Part shown: positions 52,632 through 64,000 of the stretch, piece after piece
Layout: every line of letters begins with the position of its first letter
Numbering within the stretch: position 1 is the stretch's first letter
The notes under the pieces: model-generated
Told to the model about the DNA's origin: nothing
What the model saw: the letters and a program-made list of their open reading frames with translations, nothing else
The model's database searches: none
Origin: Octopus vulgaris
Lineage: Eukaryota
Length of the DNA stretch: 64,000 nucleotides
Direction: 5' to 3'
NCBI GenBank assembly: GCA_951406725.2
Contig: OX597816.1
Coordinates: 80,166,001 to 80,230,000, forward strand
Made by a program: the position numbers and the translations under genes

Positions 52632-53066
52632 TTAATCAAAGGACATACTAAGTATGTCTACCTGCTGGAAATAACAGTCAAAGCTCTTATTTAACTCGCC
52701 AAAATACACTGATAACTACAGAAATCAACTGGAAGTAGGCAAACGGGCCAAGACAACCTCTCAGCATACATTCAGGTATTTGGACTCACGTGGACCGTTT
52801 CTGGACTAGCATAATAGCTTAACCTACCTCAGAGAGCCCAAACCTGTCGTGTTGAAGTCTGCGCTGCAACTGATTCGTTTTGCGCCGAAATCATGGCACC
52901 TACCAGTATGAAAATAATTTCAATACGGAGAAAATAATTCACAAGAAAAACAATTCACGAAAAAATAATTTGCGAAGATATCATATCTGAAGGATTAAAA
53001 TTAATCAAAGGACAGACTAATGGTATCTTCGCAAATTTTTTTCGTGAATTATTTGCTCCGTATTGA
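52632..53066. repeat. 369-nt unit with 20-bp terminal direct repeat followed by an inverted copy of its end
   Basis: 52632-52651 = 53001-53020 (one mismatch); 53020-53066 is an inverted, shortened copy of 52920-52984. Confidence 0.7.
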
Positions 53067-53074
53067 TATATATA

Positions 53075-53307
53075 CAGGAATGGCCAAAAGTCACCCGACA
53101 GTAAATCAAAATTCCATAAATTCTATCTGTAATTTTGTATTGACTAGAATGGGAAAATGGGTCGCTCAAGAAGGACTTCAGTTTGAACAATTTTCATGAT
53201 GTTTCATATTTAGATGCTTTTATTAAATTCATTCACTTGTTAAACATATATAAGTCTTGAAATTAAATGGTTTTGCTTTACTGTCAGGTGACTTTTGGCC
53301 AACCCTG
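53075..53307. mobile_element. Tc1/mariner-type MITE
   Basis: TIRs caggaatggccaaaagtcacccgacagtaaa / tttactgtcaggtgacttttggccaaccctg with TA on both sides. Confidence 0.85.
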
Positions 53308-53669
53308 TATATATATATATATATATATAGACTATTGGACTAGACTATTTTATGCGCAACTCCATTGTCTCCCGACACAAAAAGGATGCCAACAATATAT
53401 ACATATACATTTGTATATATATATATATATATACATTTGTATATCCAAAATTGATTTTATGCTCTCTACGGACTGCTCGAAGGTTACTTTCTTCCTACAC
53501 TTTGATCATTGGATCTTACCTTTACATATCACATTTGTATATATGTATATATCCAATTATATATACACGTATGTACGCGTGCGACTGTATATGTATAAGC
53601 TTAAACTTAGTTCAATTTAAATATTTTAGCCCAGTTTAGCTCAGGTCACATCCTACTTAATAGCACCAC

Positions 53670-54390
53670 CTATCAGAATCTGTTGTCATTTTTCGTATTA
53701 TATATAGTCCGTTCGAGTAAGGAACGTTCAAGTAAGGTTATTGACAGAGATGTATCCAGGTATTGATGGTTTCCCTTGAATAAATTCGTCCAGATATCGT
53801 TTGAAGGATATGGAATTCTTTTGCTCAATTTGTTTTGGGATGATATTAGATGGAAGAGGAGCTGTTGAGGAAAGGTCAATGTGTTACAATGAGGTTATGT
53901 GTTGTGAACTTGATTTGCAAAGAGAGCTATGGCACGGTTTCCCAGCCTTTGATGGAATGTAATTTTGATGCTAAGGTTGTCTTGGTACTGCTATTGGTAT
54001 ATTCGTCACATTGTGCTAGTGATGTACCACTCAAGACAACATTTGCAAGAATAGAATTTCCAAGTTTTTAGGCGGTCCTAATAATCAAAAACAGTCATAC
54101 CATTTATTTATTTATTTATTTATAATTGCTTTCTGGGAGTGTTTCACGACTCGTAATGTTTTGTTTAGTATGGGGAGACCACAGGGGCAACAGTATTCTG
54201 GGTGTGAGCCGACAAAGGAGTAGAAATGTGAAATGATGACATCCAGATCTCTCGCCTGGAAAGTTTTTAGGATCCAGGAGCTTATAAGGAGAGTCAAATC
54301 GGTTTCATTGTGATGTGAGCACTTCTGCTGAGGTTGTCAACAATTACTCCTAGGACTCATACTGATAGACCCTATGAGGCGTTCTCCTGA
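53670..54390 (-). mobile_element. Old CR1-group LINE 3' fragment
   Basis: SWILKTFQARDLDVIISHFYSFVGSHPEYCC matches the GWILRTF..LEYC region; heavily decayed. Confidence 0.6.
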
Positions 54391-54410
54391 AGGGATAAAA
54401 TATATATATT

Positions 54411-54629
54411 TACGAGAGGATGCTGAAATGTTTCTGGCTTTAAGGGTATCGCGAAAGCCTTGGTTGGAAGCCCAACCTTCCGAGTTACTTTACAGGACTT
54501 AGAAAAACTGAAATACTGCTGCAATAAGTGTGTGAATCTGAGACGGAGATATGTTAAATAAATCGTAATTAACTGATCCTCCTGTATTTTCTTTTACCCA
54601 AAAGTAGCAACTTTCAACACTCCCTTGTA
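54411..54629 (+). mobile_element. Mariner-derived MITE, second copy
   Basis: Colinear with 42542-42754. Confidence 0.8.
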
Positions 54630-54931
54630 TATGTATATATCGTCAGTTGTTTATCATACTAAATGTATACATACCGTTAAAATCTCTGATGCTGTGGAAC
54701 TTTCTGATATAAAATCTCCTTATAGACTTGTATTAAAAACAATATATATTTGAGAGATGAATGTCGTTGCTCCAGTGATTCACAAGAATGACTGACACGC
54801 TTCGTCTTTCTTGAGGAATATCACTGCTGTGCACCATAGTGAATAAAACGTGGTGGACTAGAGCTGAAGGGGAGAGAATGGTTTCTAGCTTTTAGCATGT
54901 TGAAGAATTTATATTAAACAGCGAAGGGTAT

Positions 54932-55340
54932 ACTCTTTTTACTCTTTTTACTTGTTTCAGTCATTTGACTGCGGCCATGCTGGAGCACCGCCTTTAGTCG
55001 AGCAAATCGACCCCGGGACTTATTCTTTGTAAGCCCAGTACTTATTCTATCGGTCTCTTTTGCCGAACCGCTAAGTGACGGGGACGTAAACACACCACCA
55101 TCGGTTGTCAAGCGATTTTGGAGGAACAAACACAGACACACAAACATATTCACACACACTTATATATATATACATATATACGACAGGCTTCTTTCAGTTT
55201 CCGTCTACCAAATCCACCCACAAGGCATTAGTCGGCCCGGGGCTATAGCAGAAGACACGTGCCCAAGATGCCACGCAGTGGGACTGAACCCGGAACCATG
55301 TGGTTAGCAAGCTACTTACCAAACAGCCACTCCTGCGCCT
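54932..55340 (-). mobile_element. SINE family A, full-length
   Basis: Reverse complement of 28325-28778. Confidence 0.88.
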
Positions 55341-55529
55341 ATATGCATATATTTCTATATGTTTCTTTTCTTTTTTCATGTCCATGAGATAAAAAATCCT
55401 AAATTTATTGGTAGCTGTGAATAGCACTATTTCGTCCTCCTTTAGGACTTGTCAGTACGACATAACTTGAGGTTTTAAATTAAGGTAAATTCTTCTAATT
55501 GAAAATATTAACAATTTTGAGAAGCAATG

Positions 55530-55850
55530 ATATCATGAGAATTACAAAAAGGTAATATTAAAATATGCAGGGGGATATTTCAAGAAGACTCGCTCTCTCC
55601 ATTATTTTTTTTTCATTGCATACTGAGAAGATCCAGATATACCTATGAGCTTGCTGAAGCTTGAAAATAAATCACCTGCTGAATTTGGATCACTTCGAGC
55701 TGTACACAAATAATGAAAAAGGCTGTAATTGATGGAATTTTCTTATCTAAACGTTATCCAGAATTCTTTTATCCAAGTATTTAGAAAAGATATTGTTACA
55801 CAGATTGGGGTAAGTGTGCAGTTTAAAAAAGATAAAGGGATGGTGTAAAG
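55530..55850 (+). mobile_element. R4/Dong-type RT domain relic
   Basis: GIFQEDSLSPLFF and INHLLNLDHFELY correspond to GIFQGDSLSPLLF and INHLLYMDDLKLY. Confidence 0.65.
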
Positions 55851-56297
55851 TTAAATTTGATGGTATTAAGATGACACAAAATTATATTATTACATCGCCG
55901 AGAGATGATGAAGGATACATAAACAAGAAGGAAAAAGGAAATGATTGAGTTATTATTACCAGCATATATCTCATCGGTTCATAGCAACAACTCCATTGTC
56001 ACTTTTAATCAACAACTATAATATTTTTAAAAGCATTTTATCCCCCGTCACCATGTCCATACAAAACCCAGAACAGTTAGAAAGCTTGAGAATTTATCAA
56101 ACATTTCAATTATCAATAATCTCTTGATCAACACCCCCTGAAAGTCACTATTGTCATCTCCTGTGTAGGATTTATCAAGAAGGTTCTTTTTGTTTTTTGG
56201 GTTTTTTTTTTTTAAAAAACAAAAGGAATTTTTTTTTTTGACTCAATTCTATCTCCAAACTTGTTCTGGCAAAAATCTTTTAAGAAGCAGATCCATT

Positions 56298-56309
<12 letters not shown>

Positions 56310-56350
<41 letters not shown>

Positions 56351-56529
56351 TATATATATATATATATACATATATATACATACATATATATATACACACA
56401 CATATATATATATATACACACACACATATATATATATATACACATACATATATATACATACACATATATATATATATACACATATATATATACACACATA
56501 TATATATATACACACATATATATCTACAT

Positions 56530-56560
<31 letters not shown>

Positions 56561-56697
56561 CATATATATATACATATATATACACACATATATATACATA
56601 TATATACATATATATATATACACACACATATATATACATATATATACATATATATATATACACACACATATATATACACACATATATATATATGCAC

Positions 56698-56734
<37 letters not shown>

Positions 56735-56877
56735 TATATATATATACACACACATATATATATATATACACACACACATATATATATATACACACACACA
56801 CATATATATATACACACACATATATATATATACACACACACATATATATATATACACACACACATATATATATATAC

Positions 56878-56910
<33 letters not shown>

Positions 56911-56959
56911 CATATATATACATATATATATACATATATACATATATATACATATATAC

Positions 56960-57013
<54 letters not shown>
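56310..57013. repeat. (TA)n/(CA)n compound microsatellite
   Basis: Direct inspection. Confidence 0.95.
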
Positions 57014-57014
<1 letters not shown>

Positions 57015-57018
<4 letters not shown>

Positions 57019-57268
57019 GGTAAAGACCCCCTTCGGTCATGAATGACCATGGGATTGCACCTAGAAAGTTATCCTCCTAGACACAAGTCCGGGCAAGGTT
57101 GTTTATGGAAGGCCAGCAGTCGCCCATGCATACCAGCCTCCCCTCTCCACGCCACCAGTGTTATCCAAGGGAAAGACAAAGGTCGATACAGCTTGGCACC
57201 AGTGACGTCGCAACTCATTTCTACAGCTGAGTGAACTGGAGCAACGTGAAATAAAGTGCCTTGCTCGA
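57015..57268 (-). mobile_element. 5'-truncated SINE sharing the family D core
   Basis: Minus strand gagcaaggcactttatttcacgttgctccagttcactcagctgtagaaatgagt. Confidence 0.7.
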
Positions 57269-57299
57269 GATATATATATATATATAGGGGTGCCGCAGG

Positions 57300-58117
57300 A
57301 CGATAAGTTCATGGAAAGACGAATAAGAAAGTTTCCAAAAAAACAAAAAAAATGCAAGAGAAAGCTTAGGAATATTTCGAAGGTAATCAATGTGTCAGTA
57401 TTGAGATGCTCTGCTCCTTTTTAAAGTAGACAAAAACGGAGCTTGAAGAATTAGATAGAACTACGAAACTGATATCTATGCTTAACGCACAACATACTAA
57501 ATAAATATCGACCGGCTCTCCGTACAAAGAAAGGGAATAAGCAGAGGTTTGTTAAATTTGGAAGGCACCGTAGGTACTGTCATATTTGGATTTATAAAAC
57601 TAAGTTGCCCACACTGAAAAATGAATTCGATCTGCGGTCAGCAGTATCCAAAATGTCACCGAATTACTCAAAGAAGCAGAACGAAGAACGCCAGGACAAA
57701 AAGTTGAAAAGAGAAGGGATTTCCTGGCGAGTACAAAAAAAAAAAAAAGCTGAAGATGTTAGAAGAAAAACGCTGATTGCAGCAGAGAGAAGAAAATCTG
57801 AAACGAGAGACTTAATCGTTTATTATAGTCGTTCAAGAAAGCCCTGATAGAACGAACGTGATAAAGACAAAGGTTGAAAAGCTCAGAGTAAATGTAGTAT
57901 CTACAGAAAAGAAACCGAGAGTATTAACAATTTATTAAGTGATGCAGAGAACTAGCACAAAAAGAGTATAAGCACAGGCATGACTGTGTCGGTGAATAAG
58001 TACATGAGGGTGTACTAGGTCGAGTGTGTGGACTCAAAAGTAACAGAAAAGAGATGTAAACACGAAACAGAAGCGGAGATGGTTCATGGTAATTACAGCA
58101 TTTTATGGGATGTCTTC
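57300..58117 (+). mobile_element. R4/Dong-type relic, probable continuation of 55530-55850
   Basis: ELEELDRT..IDRLSVQRKGISRGLLNLE..KEYKHRHDCVG..NYSILWD; similar to 12443-12790. Confidence 0.65.
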
Positions 58118-58129
58118 AATAATAATAAT

Positions 58130-58340
58130 AATCCTTTCCACTATAGGCACATGGTCTGAAATTTGGGGAAGGGGATAGTTGATTATACCGACCCCAGTGT
58201 TTCACTGGTGCTTAATTTATCGACTCCGGAAGGATGAACGGCAAAGTTGACCCCGGCGGAATTTGAACTCTGAACTTAAAGACGGACGAAATACTGCTAA
58301 GCACTTTGTCCGTTGTTATGATTCAGCTAACGCACCGCCT
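58130..58340 (-). mobile_element. SINE family B copy
   Basis: ggcaaagttgaccccggcggaatttgaactc..gaaatactgctaagcac; AAT repeats on both sides. Confidence 0.75.
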
Positions 58341-59607
58341 AAGTAATAATAATAAGGAGGTGGAGGGGAGGAAAGAAAGGAGAAGAGGAAGAAGAGGGAA
58401 GGAAGAGGGGGAGGAAGAGGAGGAGATAAATATTTATTGCATTATATACTTAACGAATATAAAGAATTCAATATACTGAACGTATACAGATATTTAATAA
58501 ATTTCGAAAAAAATCAAGGATTACAGCATACTACAATTTCGTCCGTTAAATCCGAAATTAATGAGGAATTTTTGAAATAGTATTGCATATATAGTTTTGA
58601 TTTGATGATAGCGGGAAATAAATATGCAAGTGGGAAAAAGAAATAGGAAGGAGTGGAATTATAATGGTGTCACGTATAGAACAAGAGTATTTAGAATATG
58701 AAAAGTCAAAGAATGATGCAAGGCGAGGTGCCTCATTATTCAGAAGACGGCTGGGTTGAAAGAAATCAGTAGTGTATAAAAGGATTTTCATACAGTGATA
58801 GCTGTAATGTAAGGAAAACGATACATGGAAAGGAGATATGACTCTCATTAAATATTTTCACCTTTTTGGCTTAATAAACTATTCAAAAATTCATGGAACA
58901 AAGCTTAAAATTTACGGTTGAATTTTATCAACTATATATGTCAACTTCCTCAAAAAATATTTTCTATGCATTCAATGATTACAAAGTCAGTGTCTATTAA
59001 AATACATTTCATTTTCAAAAATTAATGAAATCTACAAACAGAATTTAACTTATACATAGCTTTGTTTTCGAACTCATGACCGCTCTGGTCCACTTACGGC
59101 TAATAACCTCAAGTAATTGAAACGCAAATATCGAGAAACATTTCGTTCGGTATTTTGGGCATTCTTATTCAATGGCTGCCCTCAAGTCATCGACTGTTGC
59201 TGGTTTTGTAACACAAATTTATCCTTCAAGAATTTCCATAAAATTGTCTCGTAGTGTGAGGTCAAGTGAAGGCGGAGAATATTCTAATGAACCTCTTCGT
59301 CCAATCTATGACTGTGGCAAATCTCCTTAAAGCAGGCTCTTACATTAGTAGCGCTGGGGTGCCTCATCTCGAAATAAAATATCATTTCTTCAAAGACCAC
59401 TTGAGTACTGGGCATGACAAATTGTCATATCAAGTTCACGTATATATTACCAGCCACAATAAAAAAATAATTAAATAATTAACCCGTTTGGTGATAATAC
59501 TGTAACGCCTGGTAAATTGATATGCTGTTATTTCGTAATATGGGGATTATTGGGACTCAAGAAAACACAATCGCGGTGGTTAAGCGAGCGATTTATTTAT
59601 CTATATA

Positions 59608-59985
59608 GGCGCAAATGTGACTATTTGATAAGGAGCTTGCTTCTCAAATACATAGTTCCGCGTTCATTCCCACTGCCTGGCACCTTGGGCAAGCTTCTAG
59701 TGTTACCTCGAGCATTGAGAGTAGATTTGGTAGATGGACACTGAAAGAAGCCCATCGTATATGTGTGTGCGTGTGTTTATATGTGTGTGTTTTTTCCCCC
59801 AAACCACCTGACAAATGGTGTTGGTTTGTTTATGTCCCTGTAACATAGCGGTTCGGCGAAAGTGACTAATAGAATATGTACCAGGTTTAAAAACAAAAAT
59901 ATTAGTATTGATGTCCATTCATTCGACTAAAAGTTTTCAAGGTGGTACCCTAGTACGGCTGCAGTCTAACGGTAGAAAATAAGAT
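59608..59985 (+). mobile_element. SINE family A, diverged
   Basis: ggcaccttgggcaag..ctgaaagaagccc..tagcggttcggc..ggctgcagtc. Confidence 0.7.
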
Positions 59986-60157
59986 ATGTGTGTGTGTGTG
60001 TGTACACAGACACACACCTACCTACCTGCAGCATACATACAAACATTCATGCATGCGTGCATGCATACATACATACATACATACATACATACATACATAC
60101 ATACATACATACATACATACATACGTACACACACACACATACATACATACATGTAAA

Positions 60158-60572
60158 GGCGGCAAGCTGGTAGAAACGTTAGCACACCGGGCGAAATGCT
60201 TAGTAGTATTTCGTCTGTCATTACATTCTGTGTTCAAATTCGGCCGAGGTCGACTTCGCCTTTCATCATTTCGGGGGTCGATTAAATAAGTACCAGTTAC
60301 GCACTGGGGTCGATGTTATCGACTTGATCCGTTTGTCTGTCCTTGTTTGACCTCTCTGTGTTTAGCCCCTTGTGGGTAGTAAAGAAATAGGTATTTCGTT
60401 TGCCGTTTCGTTCTGAGTTCAAATTCCACCGAGGTCGATTTTGCATTTTATCCTTTCGGGGTCGATAAATTAAGTACCAGTTACGCTCTGGGGTCGATGT
60501 AATCGACTTAATCTCTTTGTCTGTCCTTGTTTATCCCCTCTATGTTTAGCCCCTTGTGGGCAATAAAGAAAT
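60158..60572 (+). mobile_element. SINE family B, tandem dimer
   Basis: Monomer 60158-60390 followed by a 5'-shortened second monomer starting gtatttcgt; both end tttagccccttgtggg..taaagaaata. Confidence 0.85.
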
Positions 60573-60649
60573 AACATAATACATACACACACATGCATAC
60601 ATACATAAATACATACATACATACATACATACATACATACATACATACA

Positions 60650-60682
<33 letters not shown>

Positions 60683-60699
60683 GCATAAATACATACGCA

Positions 60700-61965
60700 C
60701 ATACAATAATAATTCAGCCGGATAAGGGAAGAATGGATCTTGAAACTCTTTGCATTCAGTAAAACAGTGGCCCACAATGTGTTTGCAGTACCAGTACACA
60801 TACCGACATTTGGGCTACTTGATTGGACGCTTGATGAAATCCAAGCCACTAATGTGAAAACCCGGAAGATACTAACCAGAACAAATAATTTTTACATCAA
60901 CAGTGACGAGGACTGCCTCCTACCTAAGACGAAAACAAGGAGGCAGAGTTTTAATATCGATCTAGATTACCTTTGAATGTCATATCATATCTCTTCAGCA
61001 ACATCTTTTAACCACCACATGTCGAAGTGCATCCCCTTACCTAGTTTCCACACACGAGGCAGATAACATCATGAGACATAGAAAGCAGGTCCTTGAGCAA
61101 CTTTCCTTGTCTGATAACCTTGAATACATGCTCAAAGAAGTTGCACGGCTCTACCGCAACCTATAATAAAATGAAAGGATGAGAGACTATCAACAGAAAG
61201 CCGTGATGGATATGTTTGCAGAAAGCCCCGGGATGGCAGAAGTATTGATCATCAAAACAGTTTATCATGGACCAACAATCGGATTACTAATCTCACTTTA
61301 AAGGGTCTGCGTTTGCAATCGAGGAGCAGGAAATGTCAACCAAATACTTGATGCACAAAGGGGAAAGAGATGCAGGAAAAGCAGTAAAATGTGACATCCG
61401 ATACAGATTTTGTGGAGTTAACATCGAAGATATCACCCATATCATAAGCAGACGTCCAAAAATGTCATCCCGGTATAATGTATCGATGAGACTTGATGTG
61501 GTAGCCAAGGCACTGTTTAATGAGATCCGCCAGACCCTGAAATAAGAATGCAAAGTATGGTAGAGGCCATAGCCACTCATAATAACGGGGAGTACTGGTG
61601 GAATATTACAGTGAAAACCCCAATAAAATGTAAACGTAATAGACCTGGCTCAGTGATTTATGACTGAGAAGAGTTGTGGAAATTAGCTGCCCAGCGGATG
61701 GTAACATAAAGCTGAAGATCGGTGTAAAAGAGAAACCTACGCTGAACTATTTAGAAATCCACAGTTACTTTTACCAGATTACAAGTTCAGGTTTATATCT
61801 CTAATTATTGGGACACTAGTATATGTAATACACTGCCTAAATATGGATCTTGAGAAAATAGGCTCCTCAAAACTAGAAAGGAGAAAACTGATTCGGAAAC
61901 TACAGATCCAAGCTATTACTGTAACTGTAAAAATCTGTAAAACTTTCCAGAAGTTTATCATTTAA
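60700..61965 (+). mobile_element. R4/Dong-type retroposon, distinct family, decayed 3' half
   Basis: KTVAHNVFAVPVHIPTFGLLDWTLDEI..KTRKILT..SDEDCL; AIEEQEMSTKY..RFCGVNIEDITHIIS; EYWWN..KRNRP..ISCPADGNI..IIGTL. Confidence 0.75.
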
Positions 61966-62459
61966 ATATATATGTGCATGTTTAAACATGCATATGTATG
62001 CATGAGAATACATACATAAGACAAAACCTAAAAATCTGTACGTATACATACATACATATATACATACATACATACATGCATGCATGCATACATACATACA
62101 TACATACATACATACATACATACATACATACATACATACATACACACATACACACATATATACATACTATTTTTGTCCTTCAGTGATTTTGCTGTATGTG
62201 AAGAAAGATAGCGCACCGTCAACTACACTCCCTCGACCGTGACCGCCTTGAATCCAGTTGCTTAACCAGGTCAAAATGCCTGAGAATAGAGAAGTATGCT
62301 GCAGAAGACCAATGATTGACCTCATTTTGATCTCTGCACACCACAATGCGTTGCTGCAGCTGCTTTCCTCTCGTTGGACCATGTAGATTACTAGATCTTC
62401 TGTGATCCGAAGTTGTAGTAGCAGTCATTTACCCCAGGTATGGGGTATTTAGCATTTAA

Positions 62460-62603
62460 GGCGTAGCTATGTGGTAACAAGTTTCGTGATGCCCAATTCG
62501 GTTCCACTGCGTAGCAGCTTGGGCTCGTGTCTTCTATTATAGCATCGGACCGACCAAAATCTTTGTGCATGGATTTGGTCATGGGAAACTGAAAGAAGCC
62601 CGT

Positions 62604-62653
<50 letters not shown>

Positions 62654-62782
62654 TGTGTGGTAAGTAGCTTGCTTACGAAATGCATGGTTCCGGCACCTTG
62701 GCTAAGTGCCTTCTACTATAGCCTCGGGCCGACCAAAGCTTTGTGAGGGGATTTGGTAGACGGAAACTGAAAGAAGCCCGTC

Positions 62783-62832
<50 letters not shown>

Positions 62833-63020
62833 GTGCGTGTGTGTTTGTGCGTGTGTGTTTGTCCGCTCACCATCGCTTAACAACCGAAGTTGGTGTGTTT
62901 ATGTCCCTGTAACTTAGCGGTTCGGCAAACGAGACCGATCGAGTAAGTACCAGGTTTACAAAAAATAGTCCTGGGGTGCTCCAGCATGGCTGCAGTCAAA
63001 TGATTGAAGCAAATAAAAGA
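62460..63020 (+). mobile_element. Two adjacent SINE family A pieces (5' half 62460-62606; near-complete 62650-63020)
   Basis: Head repeated on either side of a TA tract; both contain aaactgaaagaagcccgtcg. Confidence 0.8.
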
Positions 63021-63033
63021 ATATAGTATATAT

Positions 63034-63085
<52 letters not shown>

Positions 63086-63667
63086 GTGTGCGTGTGTGTG
63101 TGTGTGCGTGTGTGTGTGCACGCGCGCGTCTGTGTGTCTTAGCGTAGTAAGCGAATGTTAGGCATACTCATGCTACACTTCCACAAATACTTAATACAGG
63201 CTAATTTGATTAAAGGGAAATAATCCGTGCCCAAGGGAAACAACTCTGTAATATACGTTTTGATCGTTCTCTCGCTGGCGGAATTATTGATGTGTTTCAA
63301 AATTATATCGCAGTATCATTTCAGCCCTTTATATGTTGAGTTCGAATCCCAACGACGTCAATTTCACCTTCCTTCTTATAGTCAGTAAAATAAAGTACTA
63401 ATCAAGGACTCGATTCGAAGTAATTGATTAGCCTCTCTCTTCAAAACAGACTGCCTGTGCTTGACTTGGAAATTATGCTAGCATCTACCTACCCATCATA
63501 TTTTGAATATTTGAAGCCGATTTCAATCGTCCATAATCTCGTGCGCTCCAATTCTGAGTTCAAATTCCGCCGCCTTCGACTTTGCCTTATTATTGTTGTT
63601 GTTGTTGTTGTTGTCGTCGTCGTTGTTGTTGTTGTTGTTGCTGCTGCTGCTGTTGTTGTTGTTGTTG

Positions 63668-63718
<51 letters not shown>

Positions 63719-63734
63719 GTAGTAGTAGTAGTAG

Positions 63735-64000
63735 TAGTGAGAGAGCAGTGCATGTCATCGAAGTGACACTGGGGTAAAATATACGAAGCCCAGTATACCC
63801 ATTATGACTACTCGTCAGATAAGGGTACGCTAGGCACATACATCACAACCATGGTGATCTCATATCAAGATAAACAGCGCATGACCTTGCAGGTGGGGCC
63901 CAGTTACAACTTTCTTCAGGTCGAGTAGCTCCCCCTGCACAAAAGGTCCCAGAATAAGGGTTGTGTTAGGATATTGAACATCCGTGTTTCCAAATGTGAA
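63735..64000 (-). mobile_element. Non-autonomous element family C, cut by window end
   Basis: Colinear with 10133-10400; abuts (ATT)n(AGT)n. Confidence 0.8.

Noticed and set aside
807-63839. Dozens of ORFs rich in YI/IY, HT, CV, poly-N/I/L/Y
   Set aside because: Translations of (TA)n, (CA)n, (TACA)n and (AAT)n microsatellites; no coding signal
1-64000. CRISPR arrays, operons, rRNA or other prokaryotic systems
   Set aside because: No regularly spaced repeat-spacer structure or gene-dense region; the sequence is clearly eukaryotic repeat-rich DNA

Overview
AT-rich, microsatellite-dense animal genomic DNA. The SINE families look like those I associate with octopus/cephalopod genomes (recognition only, not database-verified). 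Only one host coding segment is supportable: the first coding exon of a CYP2-clan cytochrome P450 on the minus strand (5218-5557). Everything else is a transposon landscape: R4/Dong-type and HERO-like restriction-endonuclease retroposons, several CR1-group LINE fragments (two with long open frames), a Tx1/L1 relic, Helitron and Tc1/mariner relics and MITEs, at least four SINE-like families, and Penelope-like (PLE) termini. The most notable unexplained signal is a set of type I hammerhead ribozyme motifs readable directly from the sequence. Three have intact cores and pairable helices (33717-33808 +, 34218-34304 -, 49857-49901 +), one has an intact core but a poor helix I (26106-26196 -), and several are decayed. 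They sit in a 466-nt non-coding terminally redundant unit, in PLE-like 3' ends and in a tRNA-headed SINE. Long fold-back palindromes and locally templated insertions occur at several element junctions. Most ORFs in the supplied track are microsatellite translation artefacts. Boundaries of decayed elements are approximate and all comparisons were made by eye.
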